Part shown: in pieces, positions 58,169-64,000 of the stretch
Layout: every line of letters starts with the position of its first letter
Position numbering within the stretch: the stretch's first letter is position 1
NCBI GenBank assembly: GCA_022530585.1
Contig: CP092821.1
Coordinates: 6,222 to 70,221 of the forward strand
DNA length: 64,000 nucleotides
Direction of reading: 5' to 3'
From: Candidatus Nealsonbacteria bacterium DGGOD1a
GTDB taxonomy: Bacteria; Patescibacteriota; Minisyncoccia; Minisyncoccales; UBA5738
Made by a program: the position numbers and the translations under genes
The notes under the pieces: generated by a model
What the model saw: only the letters and a program-made list of their open reading frames with translations
What the model was told of the DNA's origin: nothing
Databases searched by the model: none

Positions 58169-58717
58169 ATGTTCGAGCTTTTTGCCAAGTTAAAACCATG
58201 CAAGGACGGTTTTACCCTGATCGAACTTCTGGTGGTGATTTCCATCATCGGCACGCTGTCGGGGATGGTGCTGGTGGCGATGGGAGGTGTTCGGGCGCAG
58301 GCGCGGGACGCGCGGCGGGTGAGTGATATCACCCAAATCCGCAAGGCGCTGGAATTATATTATGCCGATAATAACCAATATCCGTCTTCGGGCGGAACCG
58401 GTGCGGTACAACCCAATACCGGATGGTCAAACAGCCGGGATGAAGTTTGGCATTCGCTTTCTTTGACGAATTCATTGGCCTATCAATTAAAACCTTATCT
58501 TTCTTTACCTCAGGATCCTTTAAATAGCGGGTCGAATTGGCAAACATATTATTATTCTTATTATTCAAGAAGTTATGGATGCGACCGCCAATGGTATATG
58601 CTTGTGTATAAGCTTGAAAAAATGCCGATGCAAAGCCCGGGAATAACCGCGTGCAATGGCACAACATTCAATTATTCAGGCACAATCACAGTCGGAATGC
58701 GCCAGAATAATTTTTAA
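58169..58717 (+). CDS. Type IV pilin-like protein (prepilin N-terminal methylation motif)
   Basis: KDGFTLIELLVVISIIGTLSGMVLVAM. Confidence 0.85.
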   Translation: MFELFAKLKPCKDGFTLIELLVVISIIGTLSGMVLVAMGGVRAQARDARRVSDITQIRKALELYYADNNQYPSSGGTGAVQPNTGWSNSRDEVWHSLSLTNSLAYQLKPYLSLPQDPLNSGSNWQTYYYSYYSRSYGCDRQWYMLVYKLEKMPMQSPGITACNGTTFNYSGTITVGMRQNNF

Positions 58718-58721
58718 AAAT

Positions 58722-58958
58722 ATGAACTCAAATCAAAATAAAGGCATTGATTTCAGTGATTATACCGCCAAGCCGCAAGTCGGGATTGCCGCTCCGCCGG
58801 ATTTGGACCGGGGCGCGAAAAAGAAAAAAATTCAAATCGTTATTATTGTCGTGTGCCTGATTTTGACCGCTGTATTTTGGGGGTATTATTTTTACCGGCA
58901 GAATGCCAAAAATCAAACCGTTAATTACGATGTTTCCGGGGGGATGATTCCTGAATAA
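58722..58958 (+). CDS. Small single-pass membrane protein
   Basis: 78 aa with TM segment IQIVIIVVCLILTAVFWGYYFY, located between the two pilin genes. Confidence 0.45.
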   Translation: MNSNQNKGIDFSDYTAKPQVGIAAPPDLDRGAKKKKIQIVIIVVCLILTAVFWGYYFYRQNAKNQTVNYDVSGGMIPE

Positions 58959-58964
58959 AGTATA

Positions 58965-59516
58965 ATGCCGGATTTTTTTGCCAAGTTAAAAACAAACAAG
59001 AATGGTTTTACTTTAATCGAACTTTTGGTGGTAATTTCCATCATCGGTGTGTTATCGGGGATGGTGTTGGTGGCGATGGGAGGTACCCGGGCGCAAGCGC
59101 GCGACGCGCGGCGGATGAGCGATATGCGGCAGATTGTGCTGGCGCTTCAGATGTATCACGCCAAATATGAAAGATTTCCCGCGATTTCCGGCGACGCGTG
59201 TTGCGATGGCTGGGACCAGGGGCCGTGCAACGACGGCAATAACAATTCGTTCATCGGCGCGCTGGAAACCGAAGGATTGCTGGCGACTCCGGTTGATCCG
59301 GCGGGCGGCTCCGGAACCGGTTGCTACGGCTATCGTTATTATGTATATCCTGCGGGATATACGGGTTGCGACTTGGCGCGCGGGAATTTCTTTGTCTTGG
59401 GAATTACCGATATGGAAACCAGCGTTGGGCGGCATCCGGCAAGCCCGGGGTGGAATTGCCCGAGCCGGAACTGGCAGAATGAATTTGAGTGGGTTGCCGG
59501 CGCGTTTGAAAAATAA
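58965..59516 (+). CDS. Type IV pilin-like protein (second copy)
   Basis: KNGFTLIELLVVISIIGVLSGMVLVAM. The Cys-rich C-terminal domain differs from the first copy. Confidence 0.85.
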   Translation: MPDFFAKLKTNKNGFTLIELLVVISIIGVLSGMVLVAMGGTRAQARDARRMSDMRQIVLALQMYHAKYERFPAISGDACCDGWDQGPCNDGNNNSFIGALETEGLLATPVDPAGGSGTGCYGYRYYVYPAGYTGCDLARGNFFVLGITDMETSVGRHPASPGWNCPSRNWQNEFEWVAGAFEK

Positions 59517-59567
59517 GCGTAAAAATTTTAAAGTAATACATTTGTTAATTATTCGGCGGTAAATTAT

Positions 59568-60839
59568 ATGTATAAAAAAACAACATTGCCCAACGGGTTG
59601 AGGCTGATCACGGTAAATTCCGCGAACACCGATACGGTAACGGTTTTGACGCTGGTGGGTACGGGTTCCAAATACGAAACCAAAGAGATCAGCGGTATCT
59701 CCCATTTTCTGGAGCATTTGCAATTCAAGGGCACCAAAAAGCGCTTGACGGAAATGGCTGTTTTTTCGGAAATTGACGGGCTGGGCGGCGTTGCCAACGC
59801 GTTTACTTCGCAGGAGATGACCGGTTATTACGCCAAGGTGCAAAGCAAAAAATTTGAAGCGGCGTTTGATTTGGTGGCCGATATTTTTCTCAATTCCACT
59901 CTGCCCGCGCCCGAGATCGAAAAAGAACGGGGCACGATTATCGAAGAGTTGAATATGTTCTACGACCATCCGATGCGCTATATTTGGACGGTTTGGAATG
60001 GCGCGCTTTACGGCGATCAGCCGGCCGGATGGGATATCGGCGGCACGATTGAAACGGTAAATCAAATCAGCCGCGATCAGCTTTTGGATTATCGCGACAA
60101 AAACTACGCGGCGAAAAACACGATTATTTGCGTTTCCGGCAACTTTGACGCCGTTGGCGCCGAAATCCTGGCAAAAAAATATTTCGGAGATTTTTCCGCC
60201 AAAGATCCGGCAAAAAAAATGCCGGTTCGCGAGAGCCAAAGCTCGCCCAATGTTTTGATCTATAAAAAAGATACCAACCAAACGCAGATCGCGCTGGGCG
60301 CGCGGGCGTTTGATTATTCCTATCCCAAGCGCTACGCGCTGGAATTGTTGGAAACGATTTTGGGAGGAATGTTTTCCTCGCGGTTGGCCGAAGAGGTGAG
60401 GTTTAAGCGGGGGCTGGTTTATGATGTGCACACCGAGCTGGCGATGGACTCCGATTCCGGATCATTGGCGGCAACGGCCAATTTGGACAGCGCGCGCCTT
60501 GACGAAGGAATCAAAGTGATTTCAAGCGAGTTTAAAAAAATCAGGGAGGTGAAAGTGTCCGCCGATGAATTGCGCAAAGCCAAAGACCACTATATCGGCA
60601 AAAGCTCGATTGTTTTGGAATCGTCCCATGCCAAGGGATTGTTCTATGGCGAGCAAGAATTGCTGGAAGGCCGGATATTGGAGCCCGAAGAAATCTATGA
60701 GAAAATAAAGCAAGTGACCGTTGATGATATTCAAGAGGCGGCGCGCGATATTTTCAAACCCGAAAAGTTAAATCTGGCGGTGATCGGACCCTACGACGGC
60801 AAATCAAGGTTTCAAAAATTGCTCGATAACGCTTTATAA
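59568..60839 (+). CDS. M16 family zinc peptidase (insulinase/pitrilysin-like)
   Basis: HFLEHLQFKGT inverted zinc motif (HxxEH) with a downstream Glu. Confidence 0.85.
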   Translation: MYKKTTLPNGLRLITVNSANTDTVTVLTLVGTGSKYETKEISGISHFLEHLQFKGTKKRLTEMAVFSEIDGLGGVANAFTSQEMTGYYAKVQSKKFEAAFDLVADIFLNSTLPAPEIEKERGTIIEELNMFYDHPMRYIWTVWNGALYGDQPAGWDIGGTIETVNQISRDQLLDYRDKNYAAKNTIICVSGNFDAVGAEILAKKYFGDFSAKDPAKKMPVRESQSSPNVLIYKKDTNQTQIALGARAFDYSYPKRYALELLETILGGMFSSRLAEEVRFKRGLVYDVHTELAMDSDSGSLAATANLDSARLDEGIKVISSEFKKIREVKVSADELRKAKDHYIGKSSIVLESSHAKGLFYGEQELLEGRILEPEEIYEKIKQVTVDDIQEAARDIFKPEKLNLAVIGPYDGKSRFQKLLDNAL

Positions 60840-60844
60840 AAATT

Positions 60845-61876
60845 ATGTTTGGCATTGGCGAAAATAACCGGGCAGTCGATATTTCCTGGAGCGCGATCTT
60901 TAAGGCGGCTTTGGCTTTGGCCGTCGGTTACGCGATATATCTGGCGCGGGAAGTCTTGCTCTTGGCGCTTTTCGGGTTGATTATTTCCGTGCTTTTCAAC
61001 CCCGCGATAGATTTTTTGTTGCGGCTGAAAATTCCAAGGACCGCGGCGACTTTGTCGGTTTATTTTTTGGTTCTGGGAGTGTTGGGGACGATGATATATC
61101 TCGCCGCGCCGTTTTTTATGATTGAAACCCAGCAGTTGGGCCAGTTGTTCCCGGTCTATTTCCAAAAAATCGCGCCGTTTTTGTCGGGATTGGGGTTCGT
61201 GATTTTTCAGAGCATGGACGCGTTCGTCGCCGCCGTCAGGGATTGGTTTGTCGGCGCGTCGTCAAGCATCGTCGGTTCGCTGGCGTCGGTGTTTGGCGGC
61301 ATATTGGTGACTTTCACGGTTTTTACCATCGCGATTTTCTTCTCGCTGGAGGGAAAAGGAATTGAAAAATTCATAATGCTGGCGGTACCTAAAAAACACG
61401 AAAAAACCGCTTTGAGCTGGTGGGAAAAAGCGCAGGTGAAAATTTCGGGATGGTTCGCGGTGCGTTTGGCGGGAATGATATTCGTCGGTTCGTTCACCGC
61501 GCTTGCTTGTTGGGCGCTCGGAGTTCGCTATCCGATATTTATGGGTTTTATCGCGGGAGCGGCCGATATTATTCCTTTCGTCGGGCCGCTGGTCGCCGCC
61601 GCGGTGATCGCGCTGGCGGCGCTGATCGATTCATGGCAGAAAGCGGCGCTGGCCGTGGGAATTTTCGCGCTTATCCAGCAACTTGAAAACAATTTGATGA
61701 TTCCGCTGTTGACCAAGAAATTTATGGAATTTCCCGCGATTCTGGTTTTGATTTCGATTTTGGTGGGCGACGCGCTTTGGGGTTTGGCGGGCGCGATTCT
61801 TGCGATTCCGCTGTTCGGGCTTTTATATGATTTTACCCGCGATTACCTGATGAGAAACAAAAAATTAAGCGAATAA
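60845..61876 (+). CDS. AI-2E family transporter (PerM/UPF0118)
   Basis: About 8 TM segments and a conserved C-terminal region IIPFVGP...IQQLENNLMIPLL...AIPL. Confidence 0.75.
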   Translation: MFGIGENNRAVDISWSAIFKAALALAVGYAIYLAREVLLLALFGLIISVLFNPAIDFLLRLKIPRTAATLSVYFLVLGVLGTMIYLAAPFFMIETQQLGQLFPVYFQKIAPFLSGLGFVIFQSMDAFVAAVRDWFVGASSSIVGSLASVFGGILVTFTVFTIAIFFSLEGKGIEKFIMLAVPKKHEKTALSWWEKAQVKISGWFAVRLAGMIFVGSFTALACWALGVRYPIFMGFIAGAADIIPFVGPLVAAAVIALAALIDSWQKAALAVGIFALIQQLENNLMIPLLTKKFMEFPAILVLISILVGDALWGLAGAILAIPLFGLLYDFTRDYLMRNKKLSE

Positions 61877-61910
61877 TTTCGGCCGCCGTATTTAAGTTAA
61901 GTTGCGTTTA

Positions 61911-62606
61911 ATGAAAATTATGACGGGAATTTTATACATCGCGGCGACGCCGATCGGCAATTTGGGCGATATAACGGTTCGGGCGGTTGAAGCGCTGAAA
62001 AGCGCGGATTTGATATTGTGCGAAGACACGCGCGTGACCAAAGTTTTGCTTGATAATTATGAAATCGCAAAGCCGATGTTGAGTTACCACCAGCATTCGG
62101 ACGCGGAAAAGACCGGCGAAATTTTAAAATTGCTCAAGGATGGAAAAAACTTGGCGTTGGTCTCCGACGCCGGTACGCCCGGTATCAGCGACCCGGGCAA
62201 CCGGCTGGTGGAAGCGGCGGTGGAAGAATTCGGCGATAGCGTTAAAATCATTCCCGTTCCGGGCGCGAATGCCGCGATCGCGGCGTTGAGCGTTTCCGGT
62301 TTCGCCACGGACAAATTTATGTTTGCCGGTTTCCCGCCGGCGAAAAACAAACGCAAAAAATACTTTGAAGACCTGCTGGCAAACGAATTCACCGCGGTGT
62401 TCTACGAATCCAATTTCCGAATTTTAAAAACCCTGTCCGAAATCGACGAATTGAATCCCGACAAAACCCGTCGCATTGTTGTTTGCCGCGAACTGACCAA
62501 AACCTTTGAAACCATCTATCGCGGCACGATCGCCGAAGTGATCGCCAAAATCAAAAAAGACCCTTTGAAGGGCGAATTTGTCGCGGTACTTGAAGGGAGG
62601 CGTTAA
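61911..62606 (+). CDS. rsmI: 16S rRNA (cytidine1402-2'-O)-methyltransferase RsmI
   Basis: [46 protein letters not shown]. Start taken at the first ATG. Confidence 0.85.
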   Translation: MKIMTGILYIAATPIGNLGDITVRAVEALKSADLILCEDTRVTKVLLDNYEIAKPMLSYHQHSDAEKTGEILKLLKDGKNLALVSDAGTPGISDPGNRLVEAAVEEFGDSVKIIPVPGANAAIAALSVSGFATDKFMFAGFPPAKNKRKKYFEDLLANEFTAVFYESNFRILKTLSEIDELNPDKTRRIVVCRELTKTFETIYRGTIAEVIAKIKKDPLKGEFVAVLEGRR

Positions 62607-62628
62607 TTTTGATAAGGTTTTATTTATT

Positions 62629-64000
62629 ATGGCTTCAAGATATTATATCACCACCACTTTGCCCTATGTGAACGCCAAACCGCACATTGGTTTCGCGCTG
62701 GAGATCATTCAGGCGGATGTTTTGGCGCGATGGCATCGCTCGCAAGGAGCAGAGGTGTTTTTCAATACCGGTACCGACGAGCATGGCGCTAAAATTTATC
62801 AACGCGCCGCCGAGCTTGGAAAAACCCCGCAGGCGTATTGCGATGATTCCGCGCGGCCGTTTTTGGCGTTAAAAGAAAAACTTGATTTGTCGTTTGATAA
62901 TTTCATCCGTACCACCGACGCGCATCATATCGCGGCGGCGCGGGAGTTTTGGAAGCGATGCGACAAGAACGGCGATATTTACAAAAAAACCTATCGCGCC
63001 AAATATTGCGTGGGTTGCGAATTGGAAATTACCGATTCGCAACTGGTCAACGGCCGGTGTCCGATCCATCCCAATAAAGAAATTGAAATTATTGAAGAAG
63101 AAAATTATTTTTTCCGGTTTTCAAAATATGAAAAACCGCTTTTGGATTTTTATGAAAAAAATCCGGATTTTGTTTTGCCGGCGGGCCGTTTTAACGAGAT
63201 CAAGAATTTTGTCGCCGGTGGATTGCGGGATTTTTCCATTTCGCGCGTCAAAGAAAAAATGCCTTGGGGAATCGCGGTTCCGGGCGATGAAAACCAGGTG
63301 ATGTATGTGTGGTTTGACGCGCTGGCGAATTATATTTCTTGTTTGGGCTGGCCCGAAAATGAAAAGAAGTTCGCGGATTTTTGGGGGACAAAAGAAAATC
63401 GCAATGCCATCCAAGTGGCCGGCAAGGATAATTTGCGCCAGCAAGCCGCGATGTGGCAGGCGATGCTGATGTCAGCCGGGTTGCCTAATTCCAAACAGGT
63501 GTTCATCCACGGGTTTATCACCGCCAACGGCCAGAAAATGTCAAAATCATTGGGCAATGTGATCGATCCGGCGGAACTGGTGGATAAATACGGAACCGAC
63601 GCGACGCGCTACTTTATGTTGCGCGAATTACCGCCCGACGAAGATGGCGATTTTTCCTATGAAAAATTTGAAGAACGCTATAACGCGGATTTGGCCAAAG
63701 GCATTGGCAATCTGGCCGCGCGCGTGACGGTAATCGCTCAAAAAATCGGCGCGCCAATGTCTGTGGAAACCGCGCTCAATCCGGAAGTGAAGGCCGAAAT
63801 TGATATCGCGAAAAACGCGGTTGCCGCCGCGCTGGCGGAATATAAATTCAACGAAGCTTTGGCCGCGGTCTGGAAAGCGATCAATTTTGGCGACAAATAC
63901 ATAGAAAAAACCCAGCCGTGGAAAACCAAAGACACCGCGGCCGTGGGTGATTTGCTGTTCGCGCTTTCGCAAATCGAAAAAATGCTTGCGCCGTTCATCC
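62629..64000 (+). CDS. metG: Methionine--tRNA ligase (3' end beyond the window)
   Basis: Not in the ORF track because it has no stop. My translation gives [22 protein letters not shown]..., a CVGCE...CPIHP zinc knuckle and KMSKSLGN near 63536. Confidence 0.85.
   Translation, partial: MASRYYITTTLPYVNAKPHIGFALEIIQADVLARWHRSQGAEVFFNTGTDEHGAKIYQRAAELGKTPQAYCDDSARPFLALKEKLDLSFDNFIRTTDAHHIAAAREFWKRCDKNGDIYKKTYRAKYCVGCELEITDSQLVNGRCPIHPNKEIEIIEEENYFFRFSKYEKPLLDFYEKNPDFVLPAGRFNEIKNFVAGGLRDFSISRVKEKMPWGIAVPGDENQVMYVWFDALANYISCLGWPENEKKFADFWGTKENRNAIQVAGKDNLRQQAAMWQAMLMSAGLPNSKQVFIHGFITANGQKMSKSLGNVIDPAELVDKYGTDATRYFMLRELPPDEDGDFSYEKFEERYNADLAKGIGNLAARVTVIAQKIGAPMSVETALNPEVKAEIDIAKNAVAAALAEYKFNEALAAVWKAINFGDKYIEKTQPWKTKDTAAVGDLLFALSQIEKMLAPFI

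Overview
This 64-kb segment looks like a streamlined bacterial chromosome, probably CPR/Patescibacteria-like. That placement is an inference from gene content: N-terminally short IF-2, stand-alone 5'-3' exonuclease, type IV pilus genes and giant surface proteins. The standard genetic code applies and TGA acts as a stop. Housekeeping blocks flank a ~25-kb accessory island at about 12.0-37.5 kb. The left block holds ruvC, yebC, pilB, tsaE, a two-component module, holA and rpsT. The right block holds a murE-like gene, rbfA, infB, rplS, ftsH, an S1 protein, fic, ileS, recO, glyQS, two pilins, rsmI, metG and seven tRNAs. The island is dominated by one 12.6-kb gene (4,208 aa, tail-fibre-like repeats) with two unusual properties. 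First, it is interrupted by two canonical Hint/intein elements at paralogous positions of its own repeat motif. One intein carries an NYN/LabA-type nuclease domain where a homing endonuclease normally sits. Second, its last ~39 codons are the variable region of a complete diversity-generating retroelement (VR-avd-TR-RT); all 16 VR/TR mismatches over 118 nt fall on TR adenines. The DGR reverse transcriptase is split by a (GA)13 tract that is one repeat unit out of frame. The island also carries a RAYT-type Y1 transposase and a large family of REP-like hairpins with an invariant GGT-NNN-ACC apex and covarying lower stems; some copies lie inside coding sequence. It further contains a 6x LamG protein, three toxin-antitoxin pairs and two DUF4143 ATPases. 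Outside the island three loci stand out: a tRNA-Cys locus scrambled by nested duplications around a small GIY-YIG nuclease gene, an isoleucyl-tRNA synthetase with an embedded histidine-phosphatase domain, and an orphan promoter-to-terminator unit. No rRNA, CRISPR array or cas genes were seen. All calls come from reading the sequence and ORF translations by eye; no database search was run.
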